A DNA stretch of 64,000 bases from the NCBI GenBank assembly GCA_031404235.1, contig JANNHF010000143.1:23999-87998 (forward strand), read 5' to 3'. This DNA is from Chloroflexota bacterium. Its GTDB lineage: Bacteria > Chloroflexota > Limnocylindria > P2-11E. The position numbers and the translations under genes are program-made. Below the pieces are notes generated by a model, which saw only the letters and a list, made by a program, of their open reading frames with translations, was not told the DNA's origin and ran no database searches. Below are positions 25,707 through 35,327 of the stretch, one piece after another (position 1 is the first letter of the stretch; each line of letters opens with the position of its first letter).

Positions 25707-26551
25707 GCGCCGGCGCTCGGCGTCTCCGCCGCGGTCAGCACATTGCGCATTAGCAGGGCGGTGGTCACCGCCCCAACGCCACCAGGCACGGGGCTGAGTG
25801 CTCCCGCGACCTTCGCGACGGAGTCGGCATCCGTGTCGCCAACGGTCCCCGCCGGCGTCACATTGATTCCCGCGTCGATGACGGTGGCGCCGGGCGCGAC
25901 CATGTCGCCGGTGAGGAACCCGGCGCGACCGACAGCGACGACGACGACCGAGGCGCGGCGCGTGAGCGCGGCGACGTCAGCTGTGCGCTGGTGCGCGATG
26001 GTCACTGTCGCGTCTTCGTTGAGGAGCAAGGCCGCGGCTGGGCGACCGACCACGGTGCTGCGGCCGACGACGACGACATAGGCGCCGGCGAGGCGGACGT
26101 GGTGGAACTTGAGGAGCTCGACGATCGCCTCCGCGGTCGAGGGTACGAACCGCGGACGGCCGTCGAAGAGCAACCCAACGTTCTGCGGGTTCAGTCCTTC
26201 GACGTCCTTGTACGGTGCGATGTGATCGACGAGATGGCCCTCGTCGAGCTTTCCGGGCAGTGGGGTGAGGAGCAGAACACCGTGGATCGCGGCGTCGCGG
26301 CTCGCTCGGTCGAGCTCAGACATGACCGCCCCCTCGGCTGCCTCGCGGGGCAGGGCGATATCGCGGACGGTGATACCGAGCGCGCTGCCGCTTCGCACCA
26401 GGCGCTGCAGATACGTGGTCGCTGCGGGGTCGATCCCGACCGAGACCACCGCGAGGGCGGGTTGGATGCCGCGAGCACGGAGAGCATCGGATCGTTCACG
26501 CGAGCGCGCGTTCAACCGCTCCGCGAGCGGTCGCCCGTGCAGCAGTCGCAT
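25703..26551 (-). CDS. folD: bifunctional methylene-THF dehydrogenase / methenyl-THF cyclohydrolase
   Basis: 282 aa, typical FolD (YLQRLVRSG...GKLDEGHLVDHI...VVVGRSTVVGRPAAALLL...AVGRAGF). Confidence 0.9.
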   Translation of the reverse strand: MRLLHGRPLAERLNARSRERSDALRARGIQPALAVVSVGIDPAATTYLQRLVRSGSALGITVRDIALPREAAEGAVMSELDRASRDAAIHGVLLLTPLPGKLDEGHLVDHIAPYKDVEGLNPQNVGLLFDGRPRFVPSTAEAIVELLKFHHVRLAGAYVVVVGRSTVVGRPAAALLLNEDATVTIAHQRTADVAALTRRASVVVVAVGRAGFLTGDMVAPGATVIDAGINVTPAGTVGDTDADSVAKVAGALSPVPGGVGAVTTALLMRNVLTAAETPSAGA

Positions 26552-27177
26552 CAGCGCGCGATGCGCGTCTCGACGAAATCCGTGATCCGTTTGCGCTGCG
26601 CCTCAGCGCCGTCGAGCGCGCGGTCGAGGTCCTCGGAAAGCGCCTTGACCTGAGCCGGATCCTTCACCGACGCGAGATTGATCATCACGTTCAAGGACGC
26701 CCCGCGCAGCGCCGCCTCGGCCATGAGGGCGCCAACGCCGATATCGCTCGCTGTCGTGGGCGTCGACTTCGTGATGCCGCGCTCGCAAGCATCGAGGAGC
26801 CGGCGACTGGTCTTCGCGACCTCGAGCGGGACGCGGGATGCCGCGAGCAGTGCCGACTGGATGCGTTCGGTGCGCTCCCGCTTCTCGTCGTCGTTCGTTT
26901 TCGGCAGCTTCATGGCGTCCATGACGCCGCCATATGCCGCGCTGTCGTCGTCGACCAGACGAAGGAAGTCCGCTCGCAGGTTGTCCATCTCCGCGACGTA
27001 GTCGGCGAACCAGCCGTCTTCAGACTTGCGGGCGGCGATCCGCGCGACCATCGCCGCGAGGGCAGCTCCAAGCGCGCCGGCGTAGGCCGCGGCGCTGCCT
27101 CCGCCAGGGACCGCAGCGTCGGAGGACAGGTCGTCGCTGAACGCGCGCAAGGTCCGGTCGACGAGCCGTTTGGTCAT
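26551..27177 (-). CDS. cyclodeaminase/cyclohydrolase-family protein (FtcD C-terminal domain-like, methenyl-THF cyclohydrolase)
   Basis: 208 aa, VPGGGSAAAYAGALGAALAAMV is the characteristic N-terminal motif of the formiminotransferase-cyclodeaminase domain; TGATG overlap with folD. Confidence 0.7.
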   Translation of the reverse strand: MTKRLVDRTLRAFSDDLSSDAAVPGGGSAAAYAGALGAALAAMVARIAARKSEDGWFADYVAEMDNLRADFLRLVDDDSAAYGGVMDAMKLPKTNDDEKRERTERIQSALLAASRVPLEVAKTSRRLLDACERGITKSTPTTASDIGVGALMAEAALRGASLNVMINLASVKDPAQVKALSEDLDRALDGAEAQRKRITDFVETRIAR

Positions 27178-27235
27178 GGGAACGGCGAGAGTGTACGTGT
27201 TACGCTTCGACGAAAGTTCAGACGCGATCCTTTTT

Positions 27236-27392
27236 TCATCGAGAAGAGGCTGAGGGAACGGCCCGATGACGCCTCGGCAACCGGCGGAGGCCCGCTACGG
27301 TGCCAACTCCGGCCCTGTAGAACAGGGAAAGATGAGAGAGGGTCGACCCGTAAAGGGCGACTTCTCTTGAATATGGAGAGGTCGTTTTTCAT
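27236..27392 (+). promoter_or_regulatory. SAM-I (S-box) riboswitch with SD-sequestering expression platform, leader of metF
   Basis: CAUCGAGAAGAGGCUGAGGGAACGGCCCGAUGACGCCUCGGCAACC...GGUGCCAACUCCGGCC...GAAAGAUGAGAG matches S-box core blocks. Downstream CUUCUCUU can pair either with GGAGAGG (SD, 11 nt before TTG start 27393) or with the P1 3' strand GAGAGAG; a U5 run follows. Confidence 0.8.
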
Positions 27393-28313
27393 TTGAGCAG
27401 CCTCGCAGCGCTCCTCCGGCAGGGCGAGTTCGTCGTCACCGCCGAGCTCAATCCGCCGAAGAGCGCGTCCGGTGCGGTCGTGAAGCGACGGGCCGGCGTT
27501 CTCAAGGGAAGCGTCGACGCCATAAACGTCACCGACAACAACCGCGGTGTCGCGGCGATGGCAGCGATCCCGGCGGCGTTGTTGGTCCGCGAGGCTGGCG
27601 TGGAGCCCGTCGTCCAGATCACCGGGCGCGACCGGAACCGCATCGCGCTGCAGGCCGACCTGCTCGGTGCAGCCGCCCTGGGCCTGGCCAACTTCCTGTT
27701 CATGAGCGGCGATGACCCGAAGCAGGGGAATCATCCCGACGCCGTGCATGTGAAGGACCTGGACGGTGTCGGTCTCATCAAGATGGCGGTCACGATGCGC
27801 GACGAGCACAAGTTCCTCTCCGGTGACGAGATCCGCCAGGCTCCCGAGTACTTCATCGGCGCCACCGCATCGCCGTTCACGAAACCGATGTCGGCCGACC
27901 TCGAAAAGACGGTGGAGAAGATCAATTCCGGCGCTGACTTCGTGCAAACGCAGCCGGTCTTCGATCTCGCGACGTTCAGCCAGTGGCTCGCCGAGCTCCG
28001 GCGCGTCGGTGGCGGGCGTGGGGCCGCGGTCATCGCCGGCGTTCTCGTCCTTCGTTCCGCCGACCAGGCCGAACGCTTCGCGCGCGTGCCGGGCATCGCG
28101 CTCGAGAAGGACGTTGTCGCTCGACTCAAAAAGGCGGCCGACGGAGAGCAGGAAGGTATCGCCATCGCCGTCGAGATGGTGAAGTCGCTACGCGCGCTGC
28201 CCGGAGTCCACGGCGTGCATATCTACGCGATCGAATGGCCTGAGGCCGTTCCGCTCGTCGCGGAGCGCGCAGGTCTGCTGCCACGACCGAAGGTGAAGGA
28301 GTCGAACCCATGA
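27393..28313 (+). CDS. metF: 5,10-methylenetetrahydrofolate reductase
   Basis: 306 aa, TTG start; FVVTAELNPPKS, AINVTDNNRGVAAMAAIPAALL, QPVFDLATF are MetF features. Confidence 0.85.
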   Translation: MSSLAALLRQGEFVVTAELNPPKSASGAVVKRRAGVLKGSVDAINVTDNNRGVAAMAAIPAALLVREAGVEPVVQITGRDRNRIALQADLLGAAALGLANFLFMSGDDPKQGNHPDAVHVKDLDGVGLIKMAVTMRDEHKFLSGDEIRQAPEYFIGATASPFTKPMSADLEKTVEKINSGADFVQTQPVFDLATFSQWLAELRRVGGGRGAAVIAGVLVLRSADQAERFARVPGIALEKDVVARLKKAADGEQEGIAIAVEMVKSLRALPGVHGVHIYAIEWPEAVPLVAERAGLLPRPKVKESNP

Positions 28314-29272
28314 AGACCACCGTTATCGGCGCGTACCCCAAGATCTCGGACGAGCATCAGGACCTCCGCCGGGCGCTCCACCGCCACGACCGCGGCGAGC
28401 TCGACGCCGATGGACTCTCCGGCGTGCTCGATGAGAGCACGCGCTGGGCGGTCGGCGAGCTCGACTGGGCCGGCGTCGACGTGGTCAACGACGGCCAGGT
28501 CCGGTGGGACGATCTGCTCGCCCCGTTCGCGCGCTCGTGGAGCGGCTGCGACCGCGGGCCGCTCGAGCGCTTCTACGACAACAACACGTACTTCCGCCAG
28601 CCGGTCATCACCGGGCCGATCACCACTGAAGGCACGACGCTCGTGCGCGACTTCGAATTCGCTCGCGGCTTCGCTCGCGGTCAGCTGAAGGCGGCGGTCT
28701 GCGGTCCGCTCACATTCGCGACCCTGGCCGAGGACCACCATTACCGGTCGCTCGAGGACCGCACGCTGGCGGTCGCCGACGCGATCGCAACGGAGATCCG
28801 TGCGCTTGGCGCGGCAGGCGCGACGCTCGTCGACGTCGAGGAGCCCGCGTTGGTGGCCCACCCGGAACACTTCGCGCTCGCGCGCGCGGCCATCGAGCGC
28901 CTCGCCGCCGCCGGCGTGCCGCTGGCGCTCCAGACCTACTTCTTCCCAGCCGATCCTCTGCTCGACGCGCTCGCGGCGTTCCCGGTCGCGCAAGTCGGGA
29001 TCGACCTCCGGAGCCGGGAGACGCACGTTCTCGAAAAGCTGAACACGGTCCGCCAGACGGTCGTCCTCGGCATCGTGGACGCGCGCAACACGCGGGTGGA
29101 GACCGAGAGCGAGGTCGTCGGTCTCATCGAGGCGGCGCTCAAGCGGATCCCAGCGGACTACCTGTGGCTCGCGCCGACAACAGGACTCGAATACCTGCCC
29201 CACGATGTGGCAGTGCAGAAGCTGAAGGTACTGGTCGCGGCGGCGCGCGCGATGGGAGGGGTGAAGGCATGA
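28310..29272 (+). CDS. MetE N-terminal-domain-like protein (separate gene; UroD/MetE TIM-barrel fold)
   Basis: 320 aa, MKTTVIGAYPKIS... resembles the folate-binding N-terminal half of cobalamin-independent methionine synthase; ATGA-coupled to metF upstream and core metE downstream. Confidence 0.6.
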   Translation: MKTTVIGAYPKISDEHQDLRRALHRHDRGELDADGLSGVLDESTRWAVGELDWAGVDVVNDGQVRWDDLLAPFARSWSGCDRGPLERFYDNNTYFRQPVITGPITTEGTTLVRDFEFARGFARGQLKAAVCGPLTFATLAEDHHYRSLEDRTLAVADAIATEIRALGAAGATLVDVEEPALVAHPEHFALARAAIERLAAAGVPLALQTYFFPADPLLDALAAFPVAQVGIDLRSRETHVLEKLNTVRQTVVLGIVDARNTRVETESEVVGLIEAALKRIPADYLWLAPTTGLEYLPHDVAVQKLKVLVAAARAMGGVKA

Positions 29273-30258
29273 GCGATCAGGTACTGCTGACGACAACCGT
29301 CGGCTCGTTCGGCAAGCCGGATTACCTGCAGAGGGCGCGCAACGCGAGTGCGCGCGGCAAGCTAGGCGAGTCGGAGCTCAACGACCTCGAGCGTAAAGCG
29401 ACGGAGGAGTGGGTCCGGAGACAGGAGCGGCTCGACCTCGACATCCTCGTCGACGGCGAGATGTACCGCGGCGACATGGTCGCGTATTTCGCGGAGCGTC
29501 TCGAAGGATTCCGCATCGGCGGCCTCGTCCGCTCGTATGGGAACCGCTACTACCACAAGCCGGTCATCGCCTCGAAGGTCGGACGCCCGAAGCCCATGAC
29601 CGTCGACTGGTTCCGCTACACGCAGTCGCTCACGGATCGCCCGGTGAAGGGAATGCTCACGGGGCCGTACACGATGCTCGACTGGTCGTACAACGAGGCC
29701 TATCGCACGCGGCGTGACGCGGCGCTCGCGCTCGCGGAAGTCGTGCGGCAGGAAGCGGAGGACCTGCAGGCCGCCGGCGCGCGCTACATCCAGATCGATG
29801 AGCCCGCGATCCACGCACGCCCCGAGGAGATCGACATCGCGATCGAGGCGATGGGCGTCGTCACCCAGAACCTCAATGCGAAGACGATCTCGCACATCTG
29901 TTACGGCGACTTCGCCGCGATCTATCCAAAGGTCCTCGACCTCCCGGTGGATCAGCTCGACCTCGCGATGGCGAACTACGGGTACCGGTGGCTCGAGCTG
30001 TTCAACAAGCATCCGTTCACGAAAGAGCTCGCGATCGGCATCGTTGACGTGCACTCGCACGAGACCGAGTCGGTGGCGACGGCGGCCGAGGGGATCCGCA
30101 AGGGCCTGCGACACGTGTCGAAGGAGCGCCTCTTGCCGCACCCGGACTGCGGGCTGAAGACACGCACCGTCGAGGAGTCAGAGGAAAAGTGTCGCGTCGT
30201 CGTCGAGGCGACCAAGGTCGTCCGCAAAGAGCTCGCGCAGCAGAAGGCGCCGGCCTAG
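29269..30258 (+). CDS. metE: cobalamin-independent methionine synthase, catalytic (C-terminal) domain only (core MetE)
   Basis: MSDQVLLTTTVGSFGKPDYL, IQIDEPAI, ICYGDF, PDCGLKTR are the MetE Zn-binding and catalytic signatures. Start ATG 29269 overlaps the previous stop (ATGA); the track's upstream M at 29164 is out of context. Confidence 0.8.
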   Translation: MSDQVLLTTTVGSFGKPDYLQRARNASARGKLGESELNDLERKATEEWVRRQERLDLDILVDGEMYRGDMVAYFAERLEGFRIGGLVRSYGNRYYHKPVIASKVGRPKPMTVDWFRYTQSLTDRPVKGMLTGPYTMLDWSYNEAYRTRRDAALALAEVVRQEAEDLQAAGARYIQIDEPAIHARPEEIDIAIEAMGVVTQNLNAKTISHICYGDFAAIYPKVLDLPVDQLDLAMANYGYRWLELFNKHPFTKELAIGIVDVHSHETESVATAAEGIRKGLRHVSKERLLPHPDCGLKTRTVEESEEKCRVVVEATKVVRKELAQQKAPA

Positions 30259-30280
30259 TTGGCTCGCTAGAGTCTCGGGC

Positions 30281-31612
30281 GTGGCCAGCCTCGTCGAGGA
30301 GACGACCGACCTCCTCCGGCACCTCATCCGCAACGAGTGCGTGAACGATGGGACGCCGTCGTCCGGGCGCGAGGTCCGAAGCGCCGACACCCTCGCGAGC
30401 TACCTGCAAGCGCCGGGCGTCGAGATCAAGCGGTATGAGCCGCAGCCCGGTCGCGGGAGTCTCGTCCTGCGAATAGAAGGGAGCGATCCCAAGGCGCCGT
30501 CGCTCCACTTCATGGGACACACCGACGTGGTCCCTGTGACCCGCTCGGGTTGGCGACACGATCCATTCGGCGCGGAGGTCATCGACGGCGAGGTGTGGGG
30601 TCGTGGCGCGATCGACATGCTCGACGTCACGGCCTCGATGGCCGTCGCCGTCCGTCATCTCGTCACGAGCGGGTTCCGACCGAAGGGCACCTTCATCTAC
30701 TCCGCGGTCGCCGATGAGGAGGCGCTCGGCACGTACGGCGCCCAGTGGCTCACCGAGAACGCGTGGGACGACGTGAAGAGCGACTTCCTCGTCACGGAGT
30801 TCGGCGGCGCCCGGTTCCCGATGGGCAAGGGCGCGAAGCTGCCGATCATGACGGCGGAGAAAGGCTCGCAGTGGACCCGCCTGCGCGTGAAGGGCACGCC
30901 CGGCCACGGCTCGATGCCGTTCAAGTCCGACAACGCGCTGGTCAAGGCGTCCGAGGTGATCACCCGCGTCGCGCGGTACAAGGCGCCGCTGCACCTGCAG
31001 GAGCTGTGGCGCGCCTTCGTCGAAGGGATCGACCTCGGCACGGTCGAGCGCATGGCGCTCACGAATCCGGCGGCGTTCGACGTTGCGCTCGACCGGGCGC
31101 CCGAGGGCACCCAGCCGATGCTCTACGCCGCGACGCGGACGACCTTCTCTCCGAACATCGCCCACGCCGGCGTGAAGGTGAACGTGATCCCCGACAGTGC
31201 GGAGGTCGACATCGACATCCGCACCCTGCCCGGCGACGACGGCGAGGGGGTGAGGAAGATGCTGCGCGACGCGATCGGCGACCTCTGGAAGGACGTCGAG
31301 GTCGTCTACGAGGGGAGCAACCCGGCGAGCTCATCGCCGATCGGCACGCCTCTATGGGACGCGCTGACGCGAGTGACGCAGCGCCTCATACCGGACTCGG
31401 CGACGGTCCCGTTCCTCATCGTGGGCGCGACCGATGCGCGCTTCTTCCGCCGCAAGGGCGTGGTGTCATATGGCTACGGACTCATGAGCGACAGGATCCC
31501 CTTCGGGCAGTTCGCAAAGATGTTCCATGGGAACGACGAGCGCGTGGATCAGGAGACGCTCCGACTCATGAGCGAGCTCTGGGAGCAGACCGCGCGGGAG
31601 TTCGTCGCCTAG
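30281..31612 (+). CDS. M20-family metallopeptidase (ArgE/DapE-like)
   Basis: 443 aa; HFMGHTDVVPV, GRGAIDMLDVTASMAVAV, EEALGTYGA are M20 metal-binding motifs. Confidence 0.8.
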   Translation: MASLVEETTDLLRHLIRNECVNDGTPSSGREVRSADTLASYLQAPGVEIKRYEPQPGRGSLVLRIEGSDPKAPSLHFMGHTDVVPVTRSGWRHDPFGAEVIDGEVWGRGAIDMLDVTASMAVAVRHLVTSGFRPKGTFIYSAVADEEALGTYGAQWLTENAWDDVKSDFLVTEFGGARFPMGKGAKLPIMTAEKGSQWTRLRVKGTPGHGSMPFKSDNALVKASEVITRVARYKAPLHLQELWRAFVEGIDLGTVERMALTNPAAFDVALDRAPEGTQPMLYAATRTTFSPNIAHAGVKVNVIPDSAEVDIDIRTLPGDDGEGVRKMLRDAIGDLWKDVEVVYEGSNPASSSPIGTPLWDALTRVTQRLIPDSATVPFLIVGATDARFFRRKGVVSYGYGLMSDRIPFGQFAKMFHGNDERVDQETLRLMSELWEQTAREFVA

Positions 31613-32031
31613 CCCGCGAGCGCGCTGCGCAGCGTCTGGGCGATCTGTTCCGCCTCACCGTCGGCATACCGCCTGCGGATCCACATCCCGCGACCCGGTG
31701 AGAACAACCCGTCCCCTTTGCGCCGCGGCACGACGTGCACGTGGACGTGCGGCACGCTCTGGCTGATCCGGGTGTTCACGGCGACGAAGGAGCCGTCCGC
31801 GCCGAGCGCGTCGCCGAACGCGATCGAGAGCCGGCGCGCGAACACGAACAGCGGAGCGACCTCGTCCTCCGGAACATCCTCGAGCGTGTCGTAGTGCCGC
31901 GCCGGCACGATCAGCGTGTGCCCCGGGGTGACCGGTGCGTGGTCGAGGAACGCGACGACGTGCTCGTCCCGATGGACCGTGTGAAGATGATCGGCACCGT
32001 TCACGACCGCGCAGAAGACGCAGGCCGCCAC
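31609..32031 (-). CDS. HIT-family (histidine triad) hydrolase
   Basis: VAACVFCAVVNGADHLHTVH...HVHVHVVPR (HxHxHxx motif). GTG start 1 nt after the helicase stop; the track's longer N-terminus is Ser/Thr/Arg junk. Confidence 0.8.
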   Translation of the reverse strand: MAACVFCAVVNGADHLHTVHRDEHVVAFLDHAPVTPGHTLIVPARHYDTLEDVPEDEVAPLFVFARRLSIAFGDALGADGSFVAVNTRISQSVPHVHVHVVPRRKGDGLFSPGRGMWIRRRYADGEAEQIAQTLRSALAG

Positions 32032-32032
32032 G

Positions 32033-33169
32033 CTACCTGCCGTACAGCTCGAGCACCTCGCGGCGGAAGGGGACGCCAGCCTTGCTGCGCAGGCGCTCGA
32101 ACTCGTCGAGGTCCCACTCGCCGACGAACGTGACCGCGACCCCGACCTCACCGGCGCGCCCGGTGCGACCGACGCGGTGCGTGAACGTCTCGGCGTCCTC
32201 TGGCAGGTCGTAGTTGATGACGTGGCTGATGTCCTCGATGTGCAGGCCGCGCGCCGCGAGGTTGGTCGCGATGAGCACCTTGATCTCGCCGCTGCGGAAT
32301 TGATCAAGGGTCCGCTCGCGCTCGCGTTGCGACAGATCGCCGTGGATCGCGGCGACCTTCTGGCCGCGTCGCTTCACATCGTCAAAGAGCTTGTCGACGC
32401 CGCGCTTGGTGTGGCGGAACACGAGCACCTGATCCGTTTCCCAGCGGCGCAGGAGCTCCGCCAGCGCCTTCGGCTTGTCCTGATCGAGGACCTCGACATA
32501 CACCTGCTCGATCGCCTCGAGGTTGCGCTGACCGGGGTCGATGGCGATCTGCGCTGCATCCTTCGTGAAGCGATGCGCGAGGTCGCGGATCTCGCCGGAA
32601 AGCGTCGCCGAGAAGAGCGCGGTCTGGCGCTTCGTCGGGCAGAGGCGCAGCAGCTTGCGCACGTCGGGCGCGAAGCCCATGTCGAGGAGCCGGTCGGCCT
32701 CGTCCAAGACGACGACGCGGATCCCCTCGAGGGAGAGCGTCCCGCGGTCGATGTGATCGAGGACACGTCCGGGCGTACCGATGACGATCGGCACGCCGCG
32801 CTTGAGCGCTCGCTCCTGGGGGCCGTACGGAACACCGCCGTAGATCGCGACCTCGTGGGTGTGCCGGTACTTGCCCAGGACGCCGAAGTCGCGCGTCACC
32901 TGGACGGCGAGCTCGCGCGTCGGCACCACGACGAGTGCCTGCGGCCGCTTCTCCTCAGGGTCGATCCGCTCGATGATCGGGATGGCGAAGGCCGCGGTCT
33001 TGCCGGTGCCGGTCTGCGCCTGTGCGAACAGATCGCGCCCGGCGCGCAGGACCGGGATGGCCTCCAGCTGCACCGGCGTGGGCGCCATGAAGCCGAGCTC
33101 GTCGATCGCGCGCGATATGTCGGGGTGCATCTCAAGCGTGCCGAAGCGCCCGGTCGCGAGATCTGTCAC
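32033..33169 (-). CDS. DEAD-box ATP-dependent RNA helicase
   Basis: Q-motif, AQTGTGKTAAFAIP, PTRELA, VVLDEADRLLDMGF, SAT, HRVGRTGRAG. Confidence 0.9.
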   Translation of the reverse strand: MTDLATGRFGTLEMHPDISRAIDELGFMAPTPVQLEAIPVLRAGRDLFAQAQTGTGKTAAFAIPIIERIDPEEKRPQALVVVPTRELAVQVTRDFGVLGKYRHTHEVAIYGGVPYGPQERALKRGVPIVIGTPGRVLDHIDRGTLSLEGIRVVVLDEADRLLDMGFAPDVRKLLRLCPTKRQTALFSATLSGEIRDLAHRFTKDAAQIAIDPGQRNLEAIEQVYVEVLDQDKPKALAELLRRWETDQVLVFRHTKRGVDKLFDDVKRRGQKVAAIHGDLSQRERERTLDQFRSGEIKVLIATNLAARGLHIEDISHVINYDLPEDAETFTHRVGRTGRAGEVGVAVTFVGEWDLDEFERLRSKAGVPFRREVLELYGR

Positions 33170-33252
33170 GCCTCGCGGCGTCGGTGGTGGTCGTCCAACA
33201 TCGTCCTCATCCGCCTCAAGTATCGCGCGGATATCGCGGCTATGCTCGCACT

Positions 33253-34401
33253 GTGCCCGGATCGTTCCGTATCGCGCGCGTTCTCGGCATCGACATCCGC
33301 ATACACATCTCCTGGGTGCTGATCTTCTTCCTTGTCCTGCTGTCGCTTGCCGATCAGGTGTTCCCGGATTGGTACCCCCAGTGGTCCCAGGAGAAGACGT
33401 TCGTCGTGTCCGCGGTCGCCGCGCTGCTCTTCTTCACCTCCGTGCTTCTGCACGAGCTGGCGCACGCTATCGTCGCGCTGCGCTTCAAGATGTCGGTCTC
33501 GTCGATCACGCTGTTCCTTCTCGGTGGCGTCGCGAACCTGACGAAGGAGCCGCCCAGCGCGAGAGCGGAGTTCTTCATGGCCTCGGCCGGGCCCCTGACA
33601 AGCCTGGCCATCGGTGGTCTCGCGCTCGTCGTGCAGCAGCTCGTCACCGACAACCTCGTCCGCGTACCGCAGCTCCAACCCGTCGAGGGAGTCGCGCGGT
33701 ACCTCGGGTTCATCAACATCGCGGTCGCGCTCTTCAATCTCGTGCCCGGGTTCCCGTTGGATGGCGGCCGCGTTCTGCGTTCCATCGTCTGGGGATTCCG
33801 GCGCGATCGCGCGGCAGCCACGCGCATCGCCGCCCGCGGCGGTCAGCTCGTCGCCGGACTCATGGTCGTGTACGCGGTCTCGCGCATCGTCGATGGCGAG
33901 GCCTGGGCAGGCCTCTGGATGGGTCTCATCGCGTACTTCTTGTACGGCGCGGCGTCGCAGGCGCTAGAGCAGGAGCGCGTCACGGCCGCGGTCGGTAGCG
34001 TGCGCGTCGGTCAGCTCATGACGACCGAGTTCCGTTCCGCGCCGGCAGGGATCCCGATCGGGCAGCTCATCCGCGACGTCGTGTTGCCGAACAACCTTCA
34101 GGCGATCCCCGTCGTGTCACACGACCGGCTCGTCGGCGTCGTCACGATCGCCGACCTGCGCAAGGTCGAGCAGGACCAGTGGGCGACGACACCGGTCGAT
34201 GCGGTGATGACCCCCGTCTCTGAGCTGGCCACTGTCTCGCCGGAGGACGAGCTTGTCGTTGCTCTCGAGCGCTTCGGCGGTGGCGATCCACCGCTGCTCG
34301 CCGTCGTCGATCGCGGATCGCTGGTGGGCGTCCTCTATCGCGAGTCCGTCGCGAGCTACGTCCGCATGCGCGAGATGCTGGGCTTCGACGCGCGCCGGTA
34401 G
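33253..34401 (+). CDS. site-2 protease (M50) with two C-terminal CBS domains
   Basis: HELAHAIVA (HExxH), NLVPGFPLDGGRVL, then CBS pair. GTG start at VPGSFRIARVLGIDIRIH chosen; the first 23 codons of the track ORF look non-coding. Confidence 0.7.
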   Translation: MPGSFRIARVLGIDIRIHISWVLIFFLVLLSLADQVFPDWYPQWSQEKTFVVSAVAALLFFTSVLLHELAHAIVALRFKMSVSSITLFLLGGVANLTKEPPSARAEFFMASAGPLTSLAIGGLALVVQQLVTDNLVRVPQLQPVEGVARYLGFINIAVALFNLVPGFPLDGGRVLRSIVWGFRRDRAAATRIAARGGQLVAGLMVVYAVSRIVDGEAWAGLWMGLIAYFLYGAASQALEQERVTAAVGSVRVGQLMTTEFRSAPAGIPIGQLIRDVVLPNNLQAIPVVSHDRLVGVVTIADLRKVEQDQWATTPVDAVMTPVSELATVSPEDELVVALERFGGGDPPLLAVVDRGSLVGVLYRESVASYVRMREMLGFDARR

Positions 34402-34430
34402 ACCCACGGGGTGATGGTGACGGCGCTCAG

Positions 34431-35327
34431 CTAGATCGCGAGCGCGAGCGCGATCTGCGCCGCGACGCGCGCGTTCGCGCGTAGCAGGGCCACGTTGGCC
34501 GCCAGACTGCGCCCGCCGGTCGCGTCAGCCAGCTGTCCGAGCAGGAACGGCGTGATCGCGGCGCCGCGAACGCCTTGCCGCTCGGCGGTCTCCAGCGCGC
34601 GCGCGACCTCGGCCTCGGCCTCGCGACGGTCGAGCGCGTCCCGGGCCGCGATCGGAACGACGATCACGATCCCGGCGCCTCGAGCGAGCTGTTCGCGGGC
34701 GACGCGCGCCGCGGCCAGGGCATCGTCGACCCGGTGCGCCAGCGGCAGTCCGCTCGAACGCACGTAGAACGCGGGGAGCTCGTCGGTGCCGTAGCCGACG
34801 ACGGGCACCCCGAGCGTCTCGAGCCGCTCGAGCGTCAGCGCAAGGTCGAGTACCAGCTTCGCGCCCGCGCACACCACGCAGACGGGGTTGCGCGCGATCG
34901 CCTCGAGGTCAGCGGACTCGTCGAAGGAGCGCTCCGCTCCGCGGTGCACGCCGCCGATCCCGCCCGTGGCCATCACCGCGATGCCTGCGCGCGCCGCGAT
35001 CTCAACGGTCGCCGCGACGGTCGTGGCGCCGATGCCACGACGCGCAAGCACCGGCGCGAGGTCGCGCAGCGAGACCTTCGCCACGTCGGGATCCTCCGCG
35101 AGCCGCCTCAGCAGCGCATCGTCCGCGCCAACCACGGCCTCGCCGTTCGCGATCGCGATCGTGGCCGGCGTCGATCCGAGGCCGCGCACCTCTTCCTCGA
35201 CCGCGCGTGCGGCCGCGAGGTTCTGGGGGCGGGAAAGGCCATGGGCGATCACCGTGGATTCGAGCGCGACCACGGCCCGGCGCGCGGCGATAGCCGCAGC
35301 CACCTCCGGGTGGACCGCGAGCTTCAC
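34431..35327 (-). CDS. psuG: pseudouridine-5'-phosphate glycosidase
   Basis: 298 aa, [19 protein letters not shown]...[15 protein letters not shown]...[16 protein letters not shown] is the PsuG pattern. Confidence 0.85.
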   Translation of the reverse strand: MKLAVHPEVAAAIAARRAVVALESTVIAHGLSRPQNLAAARAVEEEVRGLGSTPATIAIANGEAVVGADDALLRRLAEDPDVAKVSLRDLAPVLARRGIGATTVAATVEIAARAGIAVMATGGIGGVHRGAERSFDESADLEAIARNPVCVVCAGAKLVLDLALTLERLETLGVPVVGYGTDELPAFYVRSSGLPLAHRVDDALAAARVAREQLARGAGIVIVVPIAARDALDRREAEAEVARALETAERQGVRGAAITPFLLGQLADATGGRSLAANVALLRANARVAAQIALALAI

